Source of the DNA: Eubacteriales bacterium
GTDB lineage: Bacteria > Bacillota > Clostridia > Oscillospirales > CAG-272
Reading direction: 5' to 3'
Assembly: GCA_045577755.1 (NCBI GenBank)
Contig: JAZNJA010000090.1
Coordinates: 2,144 to 66,143 of the forward strand
Length of the DNA: 64,000 bases
In this document: positions 41,662 through 52,300 of the stretch, one piece after another
Layout of the letters: every line of letters starts with the position of its first letter
How positions within the stretch are numbered: position 1 is the stretch's first letter
Notes under the pieces: model-generated
Seen by the model: the letters and a program-made list of their open reading frames with translations, nothing else
The model's database searches: none
Told to the model about the DNA's origin: nothing
Made by a program: the position numbers and the translations under genes

Positions 41662-42735
41662 TCACCTCCTCATCTTGGGGTCGAGGGCGTCACGCAGGCC
41701 GTCGCCTACGAAGTTGAAGCCCAGCACCGCCAGTATGATGCAGAGGCCGGGAGGGCCCCAGACGTTGAAGAAGTTCTCCAGGATGTACTGGTCCTCGGCC
41801 ACGATGTTGATCATGGTACCCCACGCGGCGTAGGGAGCGCGGACGCCCATGTTCAGGTAGGACAGGGAGGCCTCGTAGAGGATCATGCTGCCCAGGGACA
41901 GGGTCATGGAGACGATGAGCTGGGGCATGACGTTGGGGACCAGATGCTTGAAGATCTTGCGGGGGGTGGAGTAGCCCATGGCCTCGGCGGCCACCATGTA
42001 CTCCTGCTCGCGGAGGGACAGGATCTGACCGCGGACCAGTCGCGCCGTTCCCGGCCAGGAGAACAGGGTCAGGTAGGCCATCAGATAGTAGATACGAAGC
42101 TGGGACGGGACTCCCATGGAATCCAGGAGAGTACCGATGATCAGCAGAATGGGGAAGCCGGGCAGACACATGAGAATGTCGCAGATTCTCATGATGACAC
42201 CGTCCACAGCCCCGCCGAAGTAGCCCGAGATACCGCCCAGCACCACGCCGAAGATTGTGATGGCGAAGACGGCGATGAAGCTGACGGTCAGGGAGATGCG
42301 GCCGCCGTACATGAGACGGGTGAAGACGTCACGGCCGTCCTTGTCGGTGCCCAGGATGTGGTTTTTGTCAGGCTTGGCCAGGGAGTTGATGGTCTTGTTG
42401 GTCTCCACCACCTGGTAGACCGTCACTTCCTTGCCGTCCACCATCATGGTGATGGGCTGCCGGGTGTACTCTACCTTGCCCGACTTATCCTGGGTGGTCT
42501 CTCCCCACTGGGTGTAGACCACGGGGCCCAGCCAGCAGAAGAGGAACAGGGCCACGATCATGACAAGACCCGCCACGCTCAGCTTGGAGCGGAAGAAGCG
42601 GCGCATGACCATGCGGGTGGGGGACATGAGGCGGACGTTCTTGTCCAAAGGCTCGTCGGTGTCGGCGGTGTCGGCGGCCTTGACCTCGGTCTCCTCGGCT
42701 ACGGTCTCAAGGGATTGATTCTTATTTTCTTCCAT
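41662..42735 (-). CDS. oppC: oligopeptide ABC transporter permease
   Basis: BPD_transp_1 family permease with an acidic N-terminal extension. 357 aa. Confidence 0.88.
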   Translation of the reverse strand: MEENKNQSLETVAEETEVKAADTADTDEPLDKNVRLMSPTRMVMRRFFRSKLSVAGLVMIVALFLFCWLGPVVYTQWGETTQDKSGKVEYTRQPITMMVDGKEVTVYQVVETNKTINSLAKPDKNHILGTDKDGRDVFTRLMYGGRISLTVSFIAVFAITIFGVVLGGISGYFGGAVDGVIMRICDILMCLPGFPILLIIGTLLDSMGVPSQLRIYYLMAYLTLFSWPGTARLVRGQILSLREQEYMVAAEAMGYSTPRKIFKHLVPNVMPQLIVSMTLSLGSMILYEASLSYLNMGVRAPYAAWGTMINIVAEDQYILENFFNVWGPPGLCIILAVLGFNFVGDGLRDALDPKMRR

Positions 42736-42757
42736 AGTATCAGACCTCCTTGCCGTA

Positions 42758-43750
42758 TCAGGTGAGCTTGACGCGGGGATCCACCACCGCGTACATCAGG
42801 TCGGCCAGCAGCACGCCCAGGACACTCAAAAGCGCCAGGAACATATTGTAGCCCATGATGAAGGGAATGTCAGCCACGATCATGGCTTTGTAAGCCACGT
42901 TACCGATACCGGGGAGGTCGAAGACCTGCTCGGTGATGATGGCACCCGAGAACAGGGAGGGCAGAAGCCCCGCCAGAGAGGTGACCAGAGGGATCATGGT
43001 ATTGCGGAAGGCGTGCTTGTAGACCACGACACGCTCCGAAAGGCCCTTGGCGCGGGCGGTACGGATGTAGTCGGAGCTCAGGACCTCCAGCATATTGGTA
43101 CGGGTCATTCTCATGCGTCCGCCGATGGACAAAATGACCACGGTCAGGACGGGGATGAACATATGCTTCAGGTAGTCCAGAAGCAGGTAGATGCCCGTGT
43201 AGGACTGGGAGGCGTCGGTCATGCCCGACGGCGGGAACCAGCCCAGCTTGTTGGCGAACAGGTCCTTGAGCACCTGTCCGAAGAAGAAGGCGGGGAGGGA
43301 GATACCGATCATGACCAGAACGGTGACGATATAGTCTCTGGCCGAATACTGGTGGGTGGCGGCGGTAATACCCAGAGGAATGGCGATGAGGAACTCCAAT
43401 ATCACCGCCACAAAGGCGATGGCAAAGGACACGCCCATGTGATCGCGGATGACGTCGATGACGGGGGCGCCGTACTTGAAGCTGGTACCGAAGTCGAACT
43501 GCACCAGCTTGCCCAGCCAGTTGACGTAGCCCTTCAGGATACCCACAAAGCTGTCGTCCTCCAGACCGTAGAGCTTTTTCATGCTCTCCACCGTCTCCTC
43601 GGGGATGGTGGCGCCGCCCTGGTTCATCTCGGCGATCTTGCCCTCGATGAAGCTGACGGGCATACATCTGACCAGAACGTAAATGATGAGAGATACGCCC
43701 AGAAGGATCAGCACCGCCAGACCGAGACGTTTCAAAATATACTTTAACAT
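42758..43750 (-). CDS. oppB: oligopeptide ABC transporter permease
   Basis: MLKYILKRLGLAVLILLGVSLIIYVL is a typical OppB/DppB N-terminus. 330 aa. Confidence 0.9.
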   Translation of the reverse strand: MLKYILKRLGLAVLILLGVSLIIYVLVRCMPVSFIEGKIAEMNQGGATIPEETVESMKKLYGLEDDSFVGILKGYVNWLGKLVQFDFGTSFKYGAPVIDVIRDHMGVSFAIAFVAVILEFLIAIPLGITAATHQYSARDYIVTVLVMIGISLPAFFFGQVLKDLFANKLGWFPPSGMTDASQSYTGIYLLLDYLKHMFIPVLTVVILSIGGRMRMTRTNMLEVLSSDYIRTARAKGLSERVVVYKHAFRNTMIPLVTSLAGLLPSLFSGAIITEQVFDLPGIGNVAYKAMIVADIPFIMGYNMFLALLSVLGVLLADLMYAVVDPRVKLT

Positions 43751-43771
43751 AATGACACCTTATCTTATCAT

Positions 43772-46342
43772 TTAGTTAGCAAATTCGATCTCCCAGATCT
43801 TGTCCAGGGGAGAGGTGTAGGGGTTGATCTCCTCGGGGAGGGAGGAGGACTTGATGACGCCCGCGTTGTAGGCGTACAGCACGTCACGCTGGTAGACGGG
43901 CATCTCCACGGCCAGATCCAGGACGTAGCCCATGGCCTCCTTGTACAGCTCGGAGCGGATCTCCTGGTCGTCGGTCTCGCGGGCCTCGTCGATGACGGCG
44001 GAGAGATCGTTCAGGACGGCGTTCTCGTACTGGTACAGAGCGGGGGAGGCCAGGATCTCACGGTAGCCCCAGGCCAGGGTAGAGGTGGCGGTGGAGTTCT
44101 TGTGGTAGACCTGGTACATATCGGGGTCGATGGTGGAGCCCCAGGCGGCGGCCCAGACGGCCAGGGAGCCGGTGGACAGCTTGGTCAGTGCCTGGGTGTC
44201 AGGCACCACCTCGATGTCCCAGCCGCACTCGTTGAGGAGGTCGGCGGCGTTCTGGAAGGTCTGGTAGGTGGGGTGGTCGGTGAGGTTGGAGCCTGCGATG
44301 GTGAACTTGATGGACAGGGCAGCGTCACCTGCGGAGACACCTGCCATCTCCATGAAGGACTTGATGGAGGCCATGGCGTCCTCGCGGTTCCAGTTGATGG
44401 CGATGTAGTCGCTGTGGAGGTTGTCACGGCTGTTGTTACCGCTCTCGTCCTTGGGGTATGCCCAGGAGACGGTGGACATGGGCCAGTAGATGGTCTCGGC
44501 GGTACCCGTGGAGTAGTAGGACAGCGCCAGGCTGGTATCCATGGCGCACATGATGGCCTTGCGGATGTTGATATCCGGCACCTTGCCCGCGTTGATACCG
44601 ATGTAACCGTAGCCCAGCTGACGGGTAGAGGTCTTCTCGATGCCCTTGGCGGCCATGCCGTTGAGCTTGTCGATGTTGTTCTGGGTGAACTGGGGGGTGA
44701 CGAAGTGGACCGAACCGCTCTCCAGCACGTTCAGGGCGTTGGAGGAGGAGACCACCTGGTAGCGGAGCTTCTCGATCTTGGGGGCTCCCATGAGGAAGTT
44801 ATGGTTGGCCTTGAAGTAGACCACGTTGTTGCTGAAGAAGGCGGTACCCTCGGGGTTGTCGCCGTTGTTCGCGTCGGTGGCCTTGTAGGCGCCCGCGCCC
44901 ATGGGGACCTTGACGTTGCGGGGAGACTGGATGACGGTGGTCATGAACTCGTAGGAGGCGTACTCCACACCGAACTGATTGTTGGGAATGTCCACGGTGT
45001 AGCCCTCGGCGTAGTAGTGCTGGGGCGCCACCGAGAAGGCGAAGTTCCAGATGGCCTTGGGGTCGGTGCCCTTGACCGTGATCTGGAGCACGTCGTACTC
45101 GTCGGGGTTCACGGGGGTGCCGTCGGCGTTATGGTCGTGAGCCACGGTGTAGCTGCCGTTCTTGGCGTAGGCGACGGTCTCGTCGGTGGTGTGGCCCAGG
45201 GAGACGATACCCGCGATGTTGGGCACGGCCAGCTGACCGTCCTTCACACCCGCGTGGAGGATGACCTCCTTGGCGGCGGCGGTGTAGCCGGTGGAGAGCT
45301 TCTGAGCGGTGGCCCAGTACATGAGGATCATGTGCAGCTCCTGCTCCACCTTGGAATCGTAGACGTACTGGATGGCGGAATCCTTATCCACCACCACGTC
45401 GGCGTTGTAGTTGCGGATGACCTTCTTGATCCGGGACTTGATGTCCTTGTTGTTCTCGTCCTTCTCGTACTCGATGGTGACGTAGCCCTCGGCGTACATG
45501 AAGGAGGTGACCTCGTCGAACTCACCCGTGGACTTGTAGGGCTCCTCCAGGTAAGCCTCCTTGGCGGAGACGTAGTCGGTGTTCAGCTCTTCTCGGAAGT
45601 ACTTCAGGGTCAGCTCATAGTCGGCCAGCAGGTTGTCCACGGTGACCTCGGAGGGATCGTTGGAAATAGCCTCTCTGTAGCCGCTGGACAGGCTGTGGCT
45701 CTGGATGGCGGCCACCATCTGGTCGTAGGTGGCGGAGTAGGTACCCTGGGTAGCGGTCTGACCCACCTGCTTGTAGAGGTTGATCAGCTCGTTGATGCGG
45801 TTCTTGGCTCTGTCGCCTGCCTGCTGGGTGATCCGGTCGTCGGCGCCGTTGTCCCCCGAGCTGACGGTCTGGGTGCGGTAGTCCTTCAGACCCAGGATGT
45901 CGGTGGAGTACATGGTAGAGGAGCCGGTGTAGACGGGATCCAGGTACACGTACAGGTTGAACAGCACGTCGTTTATGGTCAGGGGCTTGCCATCCGAGAA
46001 GGTGATGCCGTTCTTGATGATAAAGGTGTAGACGGTATTGTCGGCGGCGCTGTCGTAGACCACGTCGTAGTCCTTGACCACCACGGCGTGCTCGTCGCCG
46101 CAGGCCACGATGACCTCACCGTTCACGTAGTCGGTGCCCAGCATACCGATCTGGGTCATGGACACGATGGTACCGTCGGCGGCGGTGGTGGAGAAGAAGG
46201 GGTTGAAGAGACCGTCCAGCTCCTCGGTCATGATGACCAGGGCGTCGGGTCTTCCTCCCCCGCCCCCGCAGGAAGCGAACACGGCGACCGTGCTGAAGCA
46301 CATCAGAGCGGCCAGCACGACCGAAAGGATTTTCTTACTCAT
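43772..46342 (-). CDS. oppA: family-5 solute-binding lipoprotein (OppA-like), unusually large (856 aa)
   Basis: Lipobox VAVFASCGGGGG. SBP_bac_5-like core (ITFSDGKPLTINDVLFN). AGGAGG RBS. Confidence 0.85.
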   Translation of the reverse strand: MSKKILSVVLAALMCFSTVAVFASCGGGGGRPDALVIMTEELDGLFNPFFSTTAADGTIVSMTQIGMLGTDYVNGEVIVACGDEHAVVVKDYDVVYDSAADNTVYTFIIKNGITFSDGKPLTINDVLFNLYVYLDPVYTGSSTMYSTDILGLKDYRTQTVSSGDNGADDRITQQAGDRAKNRINELINLYKQVGQTATQGTYSATYDQMVAAIQSHSLSSGYREAISNDPSEVTVDNLLADYELTLKYFREELNTDYVSAKEAYLEEPYKSTGEFDEVTSFMYAEGYVTIEYEKDENNKDIKSRIKKVIRNYNADVVVDKDSAIQYVYDSKVEQELHMILMYWATAQKLSTGYTAAAKEVILHAGVKDGQLAVPNIAGIVSLGHTTDETVAYAKNGSYTVAHDHNADGTPVNPDEYDVLQITVKGTDPKAIWNFAFSVAPQHYYAEGYTVDIPNNQFGVEYASYEFMTTVIQSPRNVKVPMGAGAYKATDANNGDNPEGTAFFSNNVVYFKANHNFLMGAPKIEKLRYQVVSSSNALNVLESGSVHFVTPQFTQNNIDKLNGMAAKGIEKTSTRQLGYGYIGINAGKVPDINIRKAIMCAMDTSLALSYYSTGTAETIYWPMSTVSWAYPKDESGNNSRDNLHSDYIAINWNREDAMASIKSFMEMAGVSAGDAALSIKFTIAGSNLTDHPTYQTFQNAADLLNECGWDIEVVPDTQALTKLSTGSLAVWAAAWGSTIDPDMYQVYHKNSTATSTLAWGYREILASPALYQYENAVLNDLSAVIDEARETDDQEIRSELYKEAMGYVLDLAVEMPVYQRDVLYAYNAGVIKSSSLPEEINPYTSPLDKIWEIEFAN

Positions 46343-46377
46343 TTTCTGTATTCCTCCTAATTATATACGCGGCCCGA

Positions 46378-49300
46378 TCACTCGGCGAAGGTCAGAGTGA
46401 CCTCGCCGGTTTCGGGGTTCACCTCCACGCGGGCGGTGTTGTTGTCGGGATCCTCGACCGTGACGGTGATGCCGCTCATGTCGATGCCCTCGACCTTGCC
46501 GCTTCCGCAGAGCAGGCCGATGTTGTAATCGTTGGGACGGTAGCAATCCTTACCGATCTCAATGGTACCCGTGACGGTGACGTTCTGAAGAGTCGCGCCC
46601 TCCTGAACGGTACCCGCCAGCAGACCGTAGTTGGTTCCCTGCATACGGGAGCCCGCCACGACGCGGAAGGTGATGTTCTCCAGGCGGAGATCGGTGACGG
46701 AGGAGGAAGCCCCCAGCACGCCGAAGAGACCGCCGTTGATCTTGGAATTATCGCCCTGCAGGACGGTCACATTGGAGATGGTGTGGCCGTTACCCACGAT
46801 GGAGCCGGTGAACTCACCCGTGGACATGACCGTAGGCCACAGGAAATTTGAGAAGTCCAGATCTGCCTCGATGAGGTAGCTGCCGCCCAGGCGGGCATTG
46901 TCGTAGAACTGCTTGGGGGTGGAGATGCGGAACCAGGTTCCCTCCATCCAGGTGGTGTAGAGGCGGATGGTACCGTCGCTCTCCACCGTACCCGTGGCAT
47001 AGTCCACGGCGCCGCTGACCTTGCCCTCGGCGGGGATGGTCATGGCCTCATCCAGGAAAGCGGACTCGAAGGTCATGCCCTCTACGGAGGGGAAGTCCTT
47101 CATATCCAGCTTACCGGTGCGCTGGTTCCACACGGGCAGGTCGATGGTGACCAGCTGCTTGGTCTCGATCAGGGAGAAGGAGCCGTCAGCCTCTGCGGCG
47201 TAGAACTCGAAGTTGAAGTAGGGGACCCAGGCGGCGTAGAGGGTGATCTCATTCTCCGCGGAGCCCTTTGTGCCGTTGGGGTCAACGGCGAGACGGTCGG
47301 TCTTGAAATCCCACTTGCCGCTGTAGGTGTAGCCCTGAGGACGGCCGCTCACGGCGGTGGGCTGACCGTACTCGTCCAGAGGCTGGCCGTTTTCGTCCAC
47401 GCGGAGGGTGCGCTCGGTGTACCAGCCCGCCAGGAAGTGGCCGGTGTTGGACACGGGGAAGGCGCTGTCCTTGCGGATAGGATCGTCGGGGGCGATCAAG
47501 GCGATCTGAGCCTTGCCCTCAGCGTCGGTCTTGTAGTCGGCGGGGTTGAAAACGTCCACGATGTAGACCTCGTTGGGGGATCCCGCGAAGGAGCCGCCGC
47601 CTGCGTCAAAGCGGACGCTGACGGTGTAGCCCTCCTCGTCCATGCCGGTGTAGGGGGTATCCCACAGGGACATACCGCCCACGATGGCCAGCACGCCGAA
47701 GACCAGGGCGGCCACGGCCAGGACAATGACGATGGCCAGGGTCACGGCGGGAGGCAGACTGAAGTGGATGGGCGCGCGGGTCTTACCGAAGGACTTCAGA
47801 TTGGTCTTGGGACGGCTCTTGCGGGCCTTCTTGGGCTTCTTGGCCTTGACAGGGGCTACCGCAGGAGCCTCAGCGGGAGCCTCGGCAGGAGCCTCCTCGG
47901 AGGACTTGGCGGGAGTCTCGGCGGGAGCCTCGGCAGCCGTCTCCTCGGTGGGAGCGGCATCCGCGCCGGGCGCGGGAGCGGCCACAGCACCATTGGCACC
48001 AGCGGCGGCCAGAGCCTTGCGCTTGCTCAGATACAGGCAGGCAAAGACGATGGCGGCGGTCAGGAACAGGATGGACAGCACACCAAGAGCGATGGCGGAG
48101 GCGGGGATCCCCTCAAAGAATCCGCCGTTCTCCACAGGCTCGGTATCGGTCTCGGTCCCGTCGCCGTTCTCCAGATACTCCAGATCCTTGATACGCTTCT
48201 CGGCCTGCTCCAGCTTGGAGTAGTTGGTGACCAGAGCGCGCTGCTCGATGGTGGAGATCCTGTCGTAGGCCTCGCGGGCGGCGATGACCAGGGGCTTGTC
48301 CGCCAGGGAGACCTTGTCGGGCAGAGCGTTGATGGCGGCGATGGCGGCCAGGGTCACCTCGTCGGCGGCGGCGGCGCCGTCCACCACGGTGGCAAAATAC
48401 CGGCCCCAGATGAAGGAATCGTACTGACGGCCGTTGACGGGACGGACGATGACCAGGTCTCCGTCATAGAGACCCACGTAGTCCACGAAGTTCGCGCCAT
48501 AGTAGACATTGGAGGGGGTATCGGCAGCGTTCCACATGAAGTAAGGCACGATGCCGAGACCGTCGTGGTAGATCTCCTCGCCGTCGGTGTTGGTGAAGGA
48601 ATACTGACCCGTAGCCGGAATGTGATCCTTGCTGTTGAACAGCTCGGCGTCATAGGCCTCCTCCAGGGCGGGAGCGACGTAGGAAGCGAAGGACAGCATG
48701 GACAGCTTCTCACAGCCGTAGAAGGCCTTGTGGCCCACCGACTTCAGGGTGTAGGGCGTCACCACCTGGCGAACAGGGGCACCCGCGAAGGCCATGTCGG
48801 CGATGCGGACGGTGCCGTCGGCCACGGTGACCACGGAAGCGTCACCCGCATAGGCGATCAGCTCCAGACCCGTGGGAACCACGCGGTAGAGGTGGCCGTC
48901 GATGACGCGGACGGTATCGCTGATGGCGAAGGTCAGGGTCTCGGTGCCGTACTCGGAGCCGTTGAAGGTCTCGGTCTCGGTGGACTTGAAGGCCTCCAGA
49001 CGGCAGTTGGCGAAGGGATTGTCACCCAGATCGGCCAGAGCCGAGCCGAGGGTCACGGTGAAGTCGGTCATCTCCTCCTTCAGGAACGCGTGGGTACCCA
49101 GGTAGGAGGCAGACTCCAGATCAGCCGAGGTGATGGCGGTGTAAGCGAAGGCGTAATCCCCCACGGAGGTGACCTTGTTCAGGTTCTCCGCGGATGCCAG
49201 GGCGTTACAGTAGGAGAAGGCGCCCTCACCCAGGGTGGAGCCGTTGGGATTCAGGATCACGGCGGTCAGACCCTCGTTGTAGACGAAGGCGTAGGTGCCG

Positions 49301-52300
49301 ATATCCGCGGCGGCGGAGAGATCGACAGCGGTCAGGGCGGTGCTGTTGAAGGCGTTGGTGCCGATGGACTCCACGCCCCTCAGGTTGATATCGGACAGGG
49401 CCTCGCAGTAGAAGAAGGCCTGGGCGGGGATGGCGGTAATGCTGCTGCCCAGCTTGACCGAGGTCAGCTCCTTACAGTAGGCGAAGGCGGACTCGCCCAT
49501 GGATGCGGCGGCGGAGAGATCCACCGACCGGAGATCCGCGGCGTAGTACAGGTAGACGTACATACCCTCGCCGTCGATGACGGGGATGGTCAGGCCGCTG
49601 TTGGAGAAGAGGTAGAGCATATCGCCCGAGAAGGCGGACTCACCCACCGACAGGGCGGCGGAGAGGTCGATGCTCTCCAGCTCGGCGGCGTTGTAGAAGG
49701 CGAAATCGCCGATGACAGCATTCTTGCCCAGGGTCACGGTCTCCAGCTTGGAGGCGCCGTAGAAGGCGGAGTTACCGATCTGCACGTTCTCGCCGATCGT
49801 AAGCTCCAGTAGGGGAGAGGTGAGGACGTAGTGGTAGAAGCGGATATCGTTCTCCTCGTAGAAGGTGGCCTCGTAGTTGCTGTCGATGTCCAGACGGAAG
49901 GCGGAATCACCGATACCGGCGTTGTTTCCGATCTTCACAGACTTGAGAGCCTTGCACTCGCGGAAGGCGGAGGCCCCCACGGTCACGCCGTCGGGGATGA
50001 CCACGCTCTCAACAGAGGAGCGGGCGAAGGCGTAGTCACCGATCACAGCCACGCCCGACAGGTCGGGGGTCGCCTTGATGGCGGTGCGGTAGAAGGAATG
50101 GTCGGCGATGGTAGTGAGCTTACCCAGCTTGATCGTCTCCAGACGGGAGCAATCAGCGAAGGCATAGGCTCCCACAACGGTGACCTGGGGCATAGTGACC
50201 GTGGTCAGCTGCTTGTTGCCCGAGAAGGCGCCCGTACCGATGGCGGTCACCTTGGAGTCAGAGAGCTCGAAGGAGCCCTTGACACCGGGAGCCACCAGGA
50301 TCAGGGTGTTTCCTTCTTTGTTGAGCAGGTAAGGCTTCCCTGCCTGGACGGTGAAGGCGGTGTTGCTCTCGGCCACGGTGAAGGCGTTCAGGGCGGTACC
50401 GCGGAAGGCGTACTCGCCGATGACCGCCACGTCCTTGCCCAGGGTCACGGAGGTCAGAGCCGCACAGCCGTCGAAGGCGCCTGCGGGCACGACGGAGGCG
50501 TTGACGGAGATCGTGGGCAGAGCCTTACAACCGCTGAATGCGTAACGGCCCAGCTTGATCTTCTCGGCGGGGATGCTCACCGAGGTCAGGGATTCACAGC
50601 CCGCGAAGGCGTATGCACCCACCGACTGGGTAGAGGCAGAGAGGGTCACGCCCTTCAGAGGGGCGTTGCCGAAGAAGGCGTAGTCAGCCAGAGCCACCAC
50701 GCTGTCCAGCTTGATGGAACCCTCCAGAGCGCAGTCGGCGAAGGCGTTCTGGTTGATGAACTTGACACTGCCCAGGCCCTCCACGGTCTTAAGGGCGGTA
50801 CAGCCGTAGAAGGCGCCCTGGTCGATGCGCTCCAGGGTGGAGGGCAGGACCACACGCTTCAGGGCGGTCAGGTTGGCGAAGGCGAAGGGACCGATGGTCT
50901 TGACGCCCTCGGGGATGATGACCTCCTCGATGGTATCGTCACCGATGAACCAGATCTTGGTGGTCTCGGGGAGGTCCTCCGAGATCTCGTCCTCGGGGCC
51001 CTTGGGGATATAATCGAAGTTGGAGAAGGCGTACTGTCCGATCTCGGTGATGGACAGGGAGGCGGGGATGTTGACCACGCCGCCCAGACCGAAGTAGTGG
51101 GTCAGGGAGGGGCCGGTGGTCACGTAGGGATCCTTGACGCTGATGCTGATGGACTTAGAGAAGTAGGTGGCCTGGTCGTCCATGAAGACCTTGACGGCGA
51201 TGGAGGCGAAGCCCTCGGCCACGGCGGTGATGGCGCCGTTTTCATCCACGGTGACGATGTTCTCGTTGGAGGATTCGAACACCACCTTGGTATCCTCGGG
51301 GAAGTAGGCGTCCAGGCGGTAGCGCAGGGTCACCGACTCGGAGGGGAACATGGAGAGGGAGTAGTTCTCGCCCACGAACTTCATCTCGTCCCCGGTCACA
51401 CCCAGGTCTCGCTCCTCGGAGGAGAGGAAGTAGTAGGCCTTGTCGACGCGGTAGCCCGTCAGGGTGAAGTTCTCGGCCACGGGCTTGTCGTAGCGCACGT
51501 AGCCCTCGTCCCCCTCGCCCCGCACCGTCAGGGTGAAGGAGGCGGTCTTCTTGGTCACGGGGTCGCGGGCCACGATGCGGGACACACCGGGAGCGATGGC
51601 CACCAGCTTATCGCCCACCACAGTAGCCACGTCCATGTTGGCGGAGTAGTACTCCAGAAGCTCGGGCCACTCGGTGGCGGGATACACCAGAGGCTTGAGA
51701 TCGTAGACCTCGTTGGGAGACAGGGTCAGCTCGGACTCGGTGAAGTAGAAGTCGGTGTAGTCATCGGGCAGGGGGATCTCGTAGGCGGCCTGGTTCAAGG
51801 CGTAGTCGTAGGTGACCACGGTGATGCAGTTGCCGTTAGCGGAGTTCATGCGGATCTCGTCCACGTAGTCGGTCAGCTCGTAGATGACGGTAGTGGTGGA
51901 GTTCTCCTCGGAGTAGACGGGGGTCATGTACTTGTCAAAGGCCTTGACCATGTAGCCGTCCTGCTCCAGGGCCACGTAGCCCAGCTGCATACACATGGCG
52001 TAGTGGTTGTCGTAGACCGACATCTTGGCGAAGAGGCGGGTCTTCTTAGCCGACTTATCGTACTCGGTGTAGAACTCGCAGTCGGTGACGGCGGGAGCCT
52101 GGAAGTCGGTGACTACGGGGAAGGTGAAGGTGTCGTTGTCATTGACAACGAGGTTGTCGTTGGTCTCGGCGCCGTCGCGGTCGTAGTCCATGTAGGTCTT
52201 GACGGTGACGGTGTAGGAGGAGTTGTTCTTCAGGGCCCGGTCAATGGCCGAGAACTTCACGTCGATGTTGGCGGGGAAAATCGTCGCGCCGTTACTGTAG

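Noticed and set aside
31609-46360. Other long antisense ORFs: 31609-33585, 34393-36402, 36715-39036, 39125-40192, 40293-41717, 41656-42765, 43013-43747 and 44102-46360. Similar ones lie outside this span at 20000-21175, 20883-22124, 21968-23158, 23174-24595, 24516-26255, 26563-27699, 27720-29066 and 58593-60908.
   Set aside because: Each lies opposite a gene with recognisable family motifs. None has a plausible RBS or recognisable domains. Such frames are expected in GC-rich DNA.
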